Shown: positions 39,706 to 52,169 of the stretch, piece by piece
How positions within the stretch are numbered: the first letter of the stretch is position 1
Layout of the letters: every line of letters begins with the position of its first letter
DNA from: Hypanus sabinus
Lineage: Eukaryota
Direction: 5' to 3'
NCBI RefSeq assembly: GCF_030144855.1
Contig: NC_082732.1
Span: 24,862,001 to 24,926,000 of the forward strand
DNA length: 64,000 nt
The notes under the pieces: generated by a model
Told to the model about the DNA's origin: nothing
Database searches by the model: none
What the model saw: only the letters and a program-made list of their open reading frames with translations
Translations under genes and position numbers: made by a program

Positions 39706-40419
39706 TTCTGAGTCAAAATAGCGAGCAGTTGTAATTCCAAAGTTTCAGTTTATTTTAGAGTACAAACAAACATACAAATACTGAGCAAACTAAACAAAGA
39801 GCTGAGAAGCTAAGAGGGGAATTAATGTTAGGCGGTATAAGACAAAGGAATAAAGATGGCACTTCTGAAAAATCTTACCACTTACAGATCGGATAAGAGA
39901 AATTCCTTGGGTAGGAATGAACAAATTAATAGGCTACATAATTAAGCAATTACATTATGTGGGTAATGTGCTAATAGCCAATGAAAAATGAGAAAGGTGA
40001 TAAACAGTTAGTTTAGCTGCTATACCGATTCTGCCAGTGTGTGAAAAATGCTGAGTTTATTTAAAAAGTACAAATCTTATAAAAAGTATTTTTTTTTAAA
40101 AAGGCAGTGGTTCCCTGCTGAGTTCTTCCAGTATTGTGTGTGTGTGTGTGTTGCTCTGGTTTCCCAGGACCTCTTGTACTCATGAAGGGACTCCTGTGTA
40201 GATGCCATTGCAGAATAATGCAACTTGCATTGTTTACCTTTACATAAGGACTTTCGCCTCTTTAATGAAGTGCATGTTTCATTGGTTGCTGCTTTTGGAA
40301 TTCATTGTAACTTGTGCCTGAAAGGCAGCATTTTAAGTAATTCACCATTTATTTTAGTCTCCCTTTCTACTTCATAGAGATGATGTGGCAAAATGCTTGT
40401 GTACTGAACTGGTTTCAAA

Positions 40420-40950
40420 CTGTCTTGCTATTGTTGAATACCTATGGCTCTGCGGGACTTGATGTACAAGGCCTTGATGTATGGATGTCCTATAAAATGC
40501 AGTGGTCTAATCCAGTTTATAAAGGAGACAGCAGATCCTAAAGGTAGTGTCCCAGGACTACTGATGTGGGGCCCAAGCCTTGGAGCATATTGAAGTGACT
40601 GAGCCCAATGGTTAAGCAACGACTTGGGCATTGGGCCTGATGGAAAATGTCCAGGTGTCGGGGCCCGAGGCGAGGGACAGGCCAGTCCTGCTTGCACTCC
40701 ACGACGATTACTCAGCTCTGCGCTGAACTGGGGCTCTGTGGATGGACCTTCTTTGTGGGCCTCAGTTCAGAAAACTATTTGGTTGCTTTCATTGTTTGCA
40801 TGATTTGTTTTTTTTTCCTTCTGAACATTGTGTTTAATGGTCTTTTTTTTTAATGGGTTCCTTGTTTTGTGGCTGCCTGTATGTAAGGAGATGAATCTCA
40901 GGGTTGTGTAATGTATACATATTTTGATAATAAATGTACCTTGAACTAGT
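40420..40950 (+). mobile_element. Non-autonomous retroelement sharing the Rex1-like 3' tail
   Basis: Ends tttgtggctgcctgt...gaatctcagggttgtg...ttgataataaatgtaccttgaac; a similar element lies on the - strand at 61145-61790. Confidence 0.55.
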
Positions 40951-42049
40951 TCCCATCAAAGGCTTGGGAACAGTTTGGTCAAAGACAAAAGTAGCTCAAA
41001 AGGGTTAAATTATCAAAAGTAAAAGAAAAGTACTAAAAATTTAGCATGTAAACACTTAAGTACTAAGAATTGACTTAAGTGGTCAATTCTCAGAAGGTCA
41101 AATAACATTTTTTTAAGTTAGTAACCCCTCCCTCTTGTACAATTTGAATGGCATGCTTGCTTAATTGGATGTATTGAAGGAGTTCTTCCAATATACACCC
41201 TAGTTTTGGAACTGCTACCAGTAATGCCTTGAATCTTGCAGTTTACTATGATCTTGGTATTAAAGTATCCTGAAATAGAAGATTTGGCATTGGTATCACA
41301 CACCTCCTGAGTCCAGCATTGGAGCAGCACGTCCACATCATCACTAGCTCATTCCTGTCTCGACAGGCAGTAAGAAAGCAGTATGTTACAATCTTATTTG
41401 CTGAGAAGTTCTAACTTTCTTGTATTGTTCCAGTGGATGACATGGAATAATGTCATACTTGTGTGAAGCACTTTCCAACATGAATATGCTTTCTCATTTT
41501 GGATTATGTCCAAGGAACAGAATCTGCAACTTCTGGCCTGGAAGTGTACTGCTATCATCAAGCATTATACCATTCCTATTAAAAGCAGTCTTGAATTAGC
41601 CACCCAGCATGTTTATGAGATAGTATTGTCATTTGTTTAACTTAAGTACATTTAAGTGATTCATTTTATTCTTTCCTTGATCTTCCTGAACTCTAGGATG
41701 ACAAAGTGATAAATCTTTAAGTTTTGTAATTTAATTGCTCTCTGAGTTGTTTTTAGAGGCAATGAAAATTTCTTAAAGACTTTGACAATGTCTTTTTAAA
41801 AAAAACACAGGGCAGTTGGGGAAGGGCTTTAGTATCTTCTGTCTGAGGTTCGGTCCCAGTCACAAGTTGTGCATTATGGCACAGCTACAGCAGTGAGGCA
41901 CATGGAGTCGGTTAGTTTCATCTTGACCCAAGGTTAACTCCTACCACACCAATGACCAAAATCCATTATTATTGACTTTTGACAATAACATGAGGTGTTA
42001 CTTGTTATTTCAAACACCCTCAGCAGATGAGCTGATCATCATCCGTGCC

Positions 42050-43830
42050 TAATTAATAAGGGTACACAAGTCACAGGGTGGTAAAGAAGGCATGTCTTTA
42101 TCACTTGAGGCACTGGGCTCAAGAGTAGGGAATTATGTTCCCTTACTTGTAAAACTCTGGTGAGGCCACATCAGGAGCTATGCATTTACCCCGTTATAGG
42201 GAAGATGTCAAGGCTTTGGAGAGGGTGGACAAACTAGGGTCGCTTCCTGTGGATTGGCAGAAACTGAGCGGAGACCTAATGGAAGGAAATAGACAATAGG
42301 TGCAGAAGTAGACCATTCGGCCCTTTGAGCCTGCACCGCCATTTTGAGATCATGGCTGATCATCTACTATCAATACCCGGTTCCTGCCTTGTCCCCATAT
42401 CCCTTGATTCCCCTATCCATAAGATACCTATCTAGCTCCTTCTTGAAAGCATCCAGAGAATTGGCCTCCACTACCTTCCGAAGCAGTGCATTCCAGACCC
42501 CCACAACTCTCTGGGAGAAGAAGTTTTTCCTTAACTCTGTCCTAAACAACCTACCCCTTATTCTCAAACCATGCCCTCTGGTACTGGACTCGCCCAGCAT
42601 CTGGAACATATTTCCTGCCTCTATCTTGTCCAATCCCTTAATAATCTTATATGTTTCAATCAGATCCCCTCTCAATCTCCTTAATTCCAGTGTGTACAAG
42701 CCCAGTCTCTCTAACCTCTCTGCATAAGACAGTCCAGACATCCCAGGAATTAACCTTGTGAATCTACGCTGCACTTCCTCTACAGCCAGGATGTCCTTCC
42801 TTAACCCTGGAGACCAAAACTGTACACAATACTCCAGGTGTGGTCTCACCAGGGCTCTGTACAAATGCAAGAGGATTTCCTTGCTCTTGTACTCAATTCC
42901 CTTTGTAATAAAGGCCAACATTCCATTAGCCTTCTTCACTGCCTGCTGCACTTGCTCATTCACCTTCAGTGACTGATGAACAAGGACTCCAAGATCTCTT
43001 TGTATTTCTCCCTTACCCAACTCGACACTGTTCAGATAATAATCTGCCTTCCTGTTCTTACTCCCAAAATGGATAACCTCACACTTATTCACATTAAACA
43101 CCATCTGCCAAGTATCTGCCCACTCACCCAGCCTATCCATGTCACCCTGAATTCTCCTAACCTCCTCATCACATGTCACACTGCCACCCAGCTTAGAATC
43201 ATCAGCAAATTTGCTGATTTTATTTTCTATGCCTTCATCCAAATCGTTAACGTAAATGGTAACCAGCTGTGGTCCCAATACCGAGCCCTGTGGCACCCCA
43301 CTAGTCACCACCTGCCATTCTGAGAAACACCCATTCACCGCTACCCTTTGCTTTCTATCTGCCAACCAGTTTTCTATCCATGTCAATGTCTTCCCCCCGA
43401 TGCCCTGAGCTTTGATTTTACCCACCAATCTTCTATGTGGGACCTTATCAAATGTCTTCTGAAAATCGGGGTACACTACATCCACTGGATCTCCCCCGTC
43501 TAACTTCCTGGTTACATCCTCGAAAAACTCCAGCAGATTAGTCAAGTCAATAAAATTGATAGACAGCCAGTATCTTTTCTTTCCCCTAGGGTCAAAAAGA
43601 CTAATACAAGAGAGCACTTATTTAAGGCGAGAGAGGTAGGTTCGGAGGTAGATGCATGGAATGTGCTGCCGGGGTGATGGTGGAGGCAGATATGATAAAG
43701 GTGTTTAAGAGACATGTTTATGCAGTGAATTAAACTATATGGATCATGTGCCAGCAGAAGAGATTAGATTAGTTTGGCAGACCATTGTGGGCTGAAGAGC
43801 CTGTTCTTGTTGTACTGTTCTACGTAATTA
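42050..43830 (+). mobile_element. Old CR1 3' fragment, split by the insertion at 42286-43546
   Basis: The left half (aaaactctggtgaggccac...ggagacctaatggaag) continues as tcaataaaatt...gatagacagccagtatctttt after the insert. Confidence 0.7.
42286..43546 (-). mobile_element. Young 5'-truncated CR1 LINE with an uninterrupted RT C-terminal ORF
   Basis: About 390 codons without a stop: LTNLLEFFE, DFQKTFDKVPH, SGVPQGSVLGP, KFADD, LVRPHLEYC; 3' tail cctattgtctatttc. Confidence 0.96.
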
Positions 43831-44479
43831 AATTTCGAAAGTGTTGCTGGATTCTTGTCACATATTGAGATGATATGCATATTTGCCTGTATACATCCAC
43901 ACTCAAATATTGATAACTGACCTCAATAACACAATACTGTTTCTTTAAGCCATTCTGAAGTAGTTTTTTTTTTCAGACACTTTGGTTTCTTTCTTCTAGT
44001 GTCTAACGCCTGTTCTAAAGTCTGAGTTCCCAAAAGAGAGAAATCCTGACTCTCAGATGAGTTGCTGTTGCATAAACTGAACTGAAATTTTGTTGCCATG
44101 ATATTTGCATCTATTTGTGCCTTTGTACAGTTCCTAAGAATATTCCAAAGCATCTTAATTTTCCTTCTGCAGTTGTAGTGTTGAACTTGATAAAGAAAAC
44201 TATTGCTGGTACCACTGTAATTGAAAAATTTTGTGCAAAATTTTTATTGAACATTACATTTACTTGATCTTACTGTTCTTAACACTTCTAAGGTATGGGT
44301 ACTGGTGTCATTTCACATTTCACATGCCTGCTACATATGTAATGACAGTACCATCAATAAGTTGTTAGCACTTAGTTCCAGCGGGTATTTAAATATTGTG
44401 ACCTCACCCAGAAAGCACCAATGGCAGCAGAGTCACTGGGGAAGGATAGCAAGTTGCTGAAGTAGAAAATCCCTCCTGG

Positions 44480-45665
44480 ATCTAAGTGCTTCCTTTGACG
44501 CAATTGACCACAACATTCTGCTAGATAATCTTCAGAACTGGGTTGGCATCTCTCAGTGTCCTTAATTGGTTTTTGATCATGTATCTTTTTTATCGTCTGT
44601 CTTGGAGAACAATTTTCCAAGAGATACAATGCACCTTTGGCGTTGCTCAGCGAAGCTGTCTTGGTCCCTACTCTTTTCCTTATACATTCCATTAGGAGAC
44701 ATCATTAGAGAGCATAAACCCTATTTCCACAGATATGCAAATGACACACAGTTGTCTATCTCGTTGGAGTCTGATGATGATAACACTCTATCTTCTCTGA
44801 CTTCTGGTCTGGTTGCAATAAACAAACCGAGGAGTAATAATTTCTTAAAACTAAATGAAGATAAAACTGAAATATTTTTGGTTAGTCCGAGGGCCAAAAA
44901 AAGATAAACTTTTTAATAAGCTTGGGAACTTAGCCTACCTTGTGATATCTAGCCTGGGTGCTATCCTTGATTCAGATTTGAATTTTAAATCCCAATAGAG
45001 AAAATGAGGAGCAACATTTCTACACCTAATAAATACTGCAAAGTTATATCTGTTTCTGTCACATACTGATGCTGAAAAAGCAATGCACACCTTTATATCG
45101 AATAGACTAGATTACTGCAATGTTCTTTCTACTGGACTTACAAAGCATTCTATTGGCCAGCTTCAGCTCATTCAGAACACCACGGCTAGACTTCAAACCA
45201 AAGCCAGGATGAGGGAACATCTCACTCCCATAGTAGCTACTCTGCACTGGCTTCCTGTATCTTTTAGAATTGATTTTTAAAGTTCTCTTACTTGTTTTTA
45301 AAGCTCTTAATTGTCTGGGACCAGAGTAGATCACAGAGTTGTTTTTGTTTAATAATCCTGCTCAAGCTCATGGGTCATCTTCCACTGGTCTCTTAAACTT
45401 AAACAATCTCCCTCAAAAGATCATTGGCAGGCCAGCTTTTTGAGCTCTGCTCCGAAACTCTGGAATTCAACACCCAAAACTGTAACGGATGCAAACTCAG
45501 TTGATACTTTTAAACCCCAGCTCAAAACCTATTTATTTAACTTCGCTTTTAACTAACAGTTTTGCCTTTTATATTCATGTTTGTACTTTTATCCCATTGT
45601 AAAGCGCTTTAAACTACATCATCTGTACGAAAAGTGTTCTATAAACAAAGTTATTGTTTATTGTT
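44480..45665 (+). mobile_element. L2-clade LINE, 5'-truncated and degenerate
   Basis: FDAIDHNILL, YANDTQL, FLKLNEDKTE, RLDYCN and LHWLPV motifs; tail ttattgttta. Confidence 0.88.
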
Positions 45666-45674
45666 ATCTACAAA

Positions 45675-46240
45675 AAGCAGGATTTCCCAGTGGCCAGACA
45701 TTTTAATTCCAATCCCCATTCCCATTCTGACATGTCGGCCCATGGATTCCTGTGCTGCCACAGTAAGCCCATTCTCAGTTTGGAGGAGCAACACCTTATA
45801 TCCTGGGTCGCCTCCAACCTGATGTCTTCAACATCGACTTCTCTAACTTTCCCCCTCCCCTTTCTCTTTTCTTTAATTCTCCACCCTGGTACCCTGGTTA
45901 CCTCGTCTCTTCTCACCTCTCTCTGGTGCCCCTCTTCCTTCCCTTTCACCCATGGAACACTCTCCTCTCCTATCAGATTCCTTTTTCTCAAGCCCTTTGC
46001 CTTTTCTACCCATCACCTCCAAGCTTCTTGCTTCAACCCTCCCCCCTTCCCCACCTACCTATCACCTTCTAGTTTGTATTCCTTCCCTTCCCCCCCCCCC
46101 ACCACCTTCTTATTCTGGCTTCTTCCCCCTTCCTTTTCGGTCCCAATGAAGGGTCTCAGCCCAAAATGTTGACTGTTTATCCCTCTCCACGGAGGCTGCC
46201 TGACCTGCTGAGTTTCTCCGGCATTTTGTGTGCGTTGCTC
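45675..46240 (+). mobile_element. Penelope-like 3' fragment (GIY-YIG C-terminus plus pseudo-LTR with a decayed hammerhead at 46138-46175)
   Basis: PVARHFNSNPHSHSDMSAHG..LEEQHLI, followed by the same terminal segment that forms the arms of the fold-back elements. Confidence 0.85.
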
Positions 46241-46819
46241 ACAATTAAGTTCCCCAGTGTTGGCTTGGGGTGCTGTCAGAAACAAATGCAATTAATTAGG
46301 ATCCAGGAATGACATTGGAGCTGGTTTGCGCACTTGGTGATGAGCTGGAGCCACTGGGAATAAAATGTTCTAGCGTTCACCCGTACCATTTGTCTTCAGC
46401 AAGAACAAATGTAGCAGTCATTGTAAATTGTCCTGTGATTAGGCCAGGGTTGAATTGGGGATGGCTGGGTGGTATGGCTTGAAGGCCTTATTCTGTGCTG
46501 TGTCTCAACGAATAAGTGAATTACATGCACCCACTCATCTTCCTGTTCCTCGCTGCCTCCCAAACCACCACCTCCAAATATCATTCCACTGATGTCAGGT
46601 TTGGCCATCTGCCCTACCACAGGTAAATGATAGGTCAGGACCGGGAGAAACCTTTCCTCCATTTCATTGATGTGGTGTGGAGATGGTTCCATACAAGCAG
46701 AAGGCAGAGTGGAAGACTTTATTCCCAATCTCAAAGACTTGTCTGTGTAGTTTCTTGACTTGCTCAGACTTAATTCAAATGTTAAAGGTCTGACAACTTC
46801 CAATAAGTCATTAAGCTGG

Positions 46820-47270
46820 GAAGAGTGTAAATTTATGAAGATGTTGTTGAGACTCTGCAACTGAGTTATGGAGAGAGGTTGAGCAGGTTTGCAATGTTTT
46901 TATTGTAGCACAGGAAAATGAAGGGTGATCATACAGAGGCATATAAAACCATGCAGGACAGAGAGGTGAGGTCAATGTGTGCAGTCTTTTTCCCAAGAGT
47001 GGGAGATCAAGGACTATAGGGCAGAGAGGGAAGGGACTTAATAGGAAAATGAGGGGCAATTTTTCACCCACAGAGTGGCCAGTTTATGGAATGGCTTGCC
47101 AGAGGAAGTGGTTGAGGCAGGTACATTTAAAAGGTATTTGGACAGGTACGTGGATAGAAAGGTTTAGAGGGGCGTGGCCTACGGGCGAATGTGACTGGCT
47201 TAGATGGGACTCCTGGTCGGCCTGGAAGAGACGGGCCGAAGGGCTCGTTTTCATGCAGCATGACTGCTGA
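46820..47270 (+). mobile_element. CR1 3' fragment
   Basis: Degenerate ORF2 end and gggccgaagggc 3' UTR. Confidence 0.7.
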
Positions 47271-48286
47271 TCTTACACTCGCAGCCAGTGATGGACCCTG
47301 GAAAATACAGGTAGAATTGGAAGACCACCCTGAGAGTCAAACTATTCCGGCCAACCCACTTCCAGTTGTCATATGGCCCACAAAGGAAATATCTGCTTAT
47401 AAAGGCAGGCTTCGCTTATCTCAGTTGAATGCAATTATTTGATCTCTATTCACATCAGCTAATATTTTACTAAAATAATATGATTATACTTACAGCGTCT
47501 TTTTCTAATTGTGGTTACTCTTTTCCATTGATGTCCTGTTTTTACATAATCCTTACGGAACCAAACAGAATTAGTTTATTTTTTCTAGGGACAGTTTACA
47601 AAGGCAAGAAGGGAATGTGGAACTTTTTTCCAGTAAAGTGTTTTCCTGACTTGGCACTTGCTGTTGAACATAGTTATTATTGAGACCTTTGAATGCTGCT
47701 GGATTACACTCGTTATGATTGTTTTTATAAGTTTGGTGGGGTCAGAATGGGACAAGGAAGAGAGCATCTCTTGATGGGTTATTTCATATCTTGAATTAGG
47801 GACCAATTTAGATTGACAGCTAAATATTACTAAGCAGTTCTGACAGATCCCCGAAGTGTCGGTTTAAAGAGGAGAAGGTTGTGGATTTGGATGGTGCTTG
47901 CCCTGCAGATAACAGTATTTCTGAGGCAGATAATCTGTCTTTCCTGGTAAATGTGGCAAGATGTGACCAGACAACAAAAGCTGAATGTGCTGCACAAAGA
48001 CCCCTTTTTTCATGTTTGGGTGTCTTTCAAGACAACGAGATTCAAAAAAAGGGAATCTTGACAATGAACAATCAATATCTAGCCTGGCTTTTGCTTTAGA
48101 AAACATGATTAAATTGGAATTTCCTGTAGTTTTTTTATTGCATGTCTGCTTTTAAGGTTCATGCTAGTGTTTGTTTGCATGCTCTTTGGGTTTTTATCTG
48201 CCCTTCTGATAAAGTTTTAACTCTCTCCCATAATATGTACTCTGTGCATGTGTGTGTTTTTAGTCTATCCTGACTTCTGTTAAACA

Positions 48287-48525
48287 ACACACACAAAGTG
48301 CTGGTGGAACACAGCAAGCCAGGCAGCATCTATAGGGAGAAGCACTTTGAAAGTACTTTCAAATCTCTTACTATCTTTCCTTTCGGTTAGTCCTGACGAA
48401 GGGTCTCGGCCTGAAACGTCGACACCGCTTCTCCCTATAGATGCTGCCTGGCCTGCTGTGTTCCACCAGCATTTTGTGTGTGTTGTTGTTTGAATTTCCA
48501 GCATTTGCAAATTTCCTCGTGTTTG
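48287..48525. mobile_element. Penelope-derived fold-back element with an intact hammerhead core
   Basis: About 60-bp near-perfect inverted arms (48283-48343 and 48427-48487); perfect 12-bp TSD TTCTGTTAAACA (48275-48286 and 48526-48537). Confidence 0.85.
48390..48423 (+). ncRNA. Minimal hammerhead ribozyme motif, intact core
   Basis: GTC-CTGACGA-AGGGTCTCGGCCT-GAAA-CG-TC-GAC. All invariant core residues (CUGANGA, GAAA, UH) are present; stem I is GTC/GAC; a palindromic CG replaces helix III. Confidence 0.7.
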
Positions 48526-50109
48526 TTCTGTTAAACATGCACACTTAGCTGTGTGCAGAGGATAGCTGCCATCAGTAGCTTGGTTTTAAAATTTGCACGA
48601 TCTATTTAAAACAAAACTCTTTAAAGTAGTCATATTAATTTTTAAATGTAATGCTATAGAATGCCAACAGATTTGATAGCATATTTGATTAGGGAATACT
48701 CTCTGATAAGCTATTTGAATCCAGTGGTAGGGAGTTGCAGCCAAAGTGCATGATTTCAGCACAGTCATTAATGAAGCATTTGGCATAATTACAGTAAACT
48801 GGTACTTTTGGTATTACCTTACCTCCTGAAAGAAATCTACTCAGTCAAAAGTGAATTAAATAGGAGGATTAAAGACTTTGCTTCCCACTTGTAGAATTAA
48901 GACATAAACCCATGGATTATGACGTCAGGAAAGGAGAAATTGTGTTGACAGAGCAGAGCACGTTGGTAATTCACATGATCTGAAATTGTCAGAACCAAAG
49001 CACTTGCAGCCTTTCATCACAAGCATCCCATGATTTAAACACTGGGGTGCGCGTTCCATCGAAGACGTTTTTGTGATATGCCACCATTGAGTAAAGCACA
49101 CCGTTGGGTGAGTTTCCTGTTGACAATGAAGTGATAACATATAATTATGGTTATACTCTTGACTGCCATTTTCTTCATATGTTTAATTTTAAGCAATAAG
49201 GATGTGGTTGCATTTTGCTGAGAAAATGAAATCGAAGAATGACTTGGAGCAGTGATAGGTCGAGTGAAGAACTAATTAACGTTAAGGCTTATGAGCAATA
49301 ATTTTTAAGTGTTTTATACCTAACATGCAGAATATTGCCCTGCTTCCCAGTCACATGCAGTTGGTTGTGGAGGGAAATTGAGTGTACATTTTACAATGTG
49401 TGTTAAAACCATTGACCTGTATAAGAGCCAAATGGTGGCAAACGCAAGTGGATGCTTAGTTGCTTTTTTTTAATCCAGTGTATGCACTCAGTTCTGGTAG
49501 TATTTGAAATAAATTTTTTTAAATGCTTCTTGATTTACTTCATCTCAGTAAGCCACATTGTGGGCTTGCATCCTTCACCTTCACTTAGTTTTTAAAAAAA
49601 TGATAATTTTATGAGACAAAAACAACATTTTTTTTTCTCTGACGTAGGCTGTTAGTAGATGTTCATAAAACTTGGTCTCATGTAATGCCTTCTAATGCAT
49701 TTTACTAATTCTGGAAATAGATTTGGGGAAATTTGTTCTTCAAATCTACTTGGCAGAAGGTAACTGACTGGAGGATGGTTGAAGCTGTGTGGAAGGTGTG
49801 GAGGAGGACTGGATTAATCATCAGTTTACACCGCCTTTAGTTATCCAAATAGGTAAAAGGAACTGGGATTATTCAGTTTAGAGAACCATAAGCATAGATA
49901 TGATCTGATATAAGTTTAGAAAATGAGTTTTTAAAAGCAATAAATTCTGGGCAAGCATGTACTCTCCATCCCTTAATGCTACCGAATCTGGTTCATTTCC
50001 TGGCCCATTTTGGAAGATGTGTGGGTCTGGATGTATGGATGGATGAATATGATGTATGAGCTGTCCAGGCATAGGACATGAATGAGTGACAAGAGGTAAA
50101 GATTGTCTC

Positions 50110-50310
50110 TAAGGAGTTGGTGCATTCTCTCCAGGACTGTGTGGGTTTCCTCTGGGTGCTCCAAATTCCTCCCACAGTCCAAAGACGTACCGATGGTTAG
50201 GTTAATTGGTCATTGTAACTTGTCCCATCATTAGTCTGGGGTTAAATCGGGGGGAGTTGCTGGGCGGTGCCACTCAAAGGGCCCGTCCCATACTACATCT
50301 CATTAAATAA
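50110..50310 (+). mobile_element. V-SINE/HE1-like SINE
   Basis: gtgtgggtttcctctgggtgctcc...cctcccacagtccaaagacgtacc...ggttaattggtcattgtaa core. Confidence 0.8.
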
Positions 50311-52169
50311 GAAAATAAAAATCAAAGTTGAGTCTCAAGTCACCGAAGACCAATACTGGTTAGATGTCAAGGGGTGGTTATCTCGAGATAGAATGGTGGT
50401 CCAGTTGCATCTCACAGTGGACACTAGGATCTTGGCATGTTCCTTACTGGGGCAAATAGCTTCTGTGTGATATTAATCAAGGACAGGCTCATCTCCCGGT
50501 CTACAGGGAATGAAGAGGGACATTTTCATTTTAATCCCTATTCCTTTAGTATTCTGTGTCTCCGAGGAGGTTATAATGCTCGGGTGTGATGGGGAAGAAT
50601 AGTAATGTGTTGCACCAGATGTCACCAGTTGTTCTTTTCCCACTCCTGTTATTTGCTCCCTAAAGATTCAATTACATGTGGCATTGCCCAAGTCTTATCA
50701 GAAAGCATAATCTCTGTGACTCAATAGTGTGGACCCTTTCTCGCATGCTCTGATAATCCTCTAGAAATCATGTATTCAAAATGTCAGTTATATTTTGTGT
50801 AATTGTGTAAGCGTATTGTTTGATTAAGCATGCTTTGGTGTTTATCAAATTCATTATGGTTGTATATAAAAACAAATGAATTAAATACATCATTCATCAC
50901 ACTACCACATGATACATGCGCACCTCGCTCAAAGCTAACACAAAGTTAGACTCGCATTTCGGACTCCCGTGTCTTCCTTTGAATTGGTTTAGTGTTTTGC
51001 AGTTACAAAACATAACATAGCCAAAATAATGCATTTGCAAAACTATATGAGATCCTCGTCATTAACTTGCACGAGTCACCATAACAGATTACGTTTTCTT
51101 TTTCAGTGGACAAAGGTGTCTAGCAATATTGTTGATGCTGTTATGCACAATTGGTCCATAGTGTATCATCAGGCAATGTTGAGCAGGAAGTCTTGTTTTA
51201 TTTAGGTGGGTGAATGAATGATAAACTGCTACTGTGAAATATATATTTTCTACCTTGCTGAATTCTGCATAGATCCATAATCAAAATTACTAATTCACAT
51301 TTAAATGATGAGAAATTTTGGCTTGTAATTGATTGCTTGAATTCACAACATTGGGTGCAGACTGAAGTTATTCTCTGAGCCTGCATAACCTCAGAGGGAA
51401 GGTCTGGTCAACCCTTGCTTCTACCTCCTGAAAGATCTCTAGCTCGGACCTTGTGCTGGAGCCATCCTTCTATTCAAGGTCTCTTGTTGTCCTCAGTCAC
51501 CCCAATCTTAAAAGTGCCACTCCTCATCACACAGGCAATAGTGGATGTGAGCAACTTCTGACAATGGAAAAAATGGTTATAATTCAAGATGGGGAGTCTG
51601 GGCTTTCTCTGCACTTCCAAAGCTTTAAAAGACATCTTAAAATGTCAATAGTTAACATTTCCTGGGTTTTTCATTGATTCTGTTATGGTTATTATTATAT
51701 AATGGATTTATTGTGTATGCGCACAAGAAAGTGAATCTCAGGGGTGTATATGGTGACAATCAGGTATATGCACTTTAAAAAGTAAATTTACTTTGAACTT
51801 GGAGTATGATCTTATCTTTGGAATTCACTTCCCCCTTTTCAGGTAGTTCTCTAAGAATTGCACTTCTGTCTGCTTGGATGATTAGATATAACTGCAGCTT
51901 AAGCCAAGACATTTTCCTGTTCCAATACACTCTTTTCGTAGGTCAGGTGTAATCCCTTTGGTTTTCAGGGTCTGCAGACTGAATTGTGTGAAAACTGTTA
52001 CAAAATCTTGACAACCAATGTAATGAAGAATTTATTGATCCTTCACTCAACTTGCACCAAGTGGCCTTGCTCAAGCTTTTTGTTCGTGGTTCTAAATGTT
52101 TATTTTTAATTATCAGCTTGTTGCAGTGTCCACCCTGTTTTGATGCTGGTGTTTACAGCTGTAGTGAAG

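Noticed and set aside
42370-43617. 415-aa ORF as a domesticated host gene
   Set aside because: It is a 5'-truncated CR1 ORF2 lacking the endonuclease and N-terminal RT; the apparent start comes from flanking sequence.
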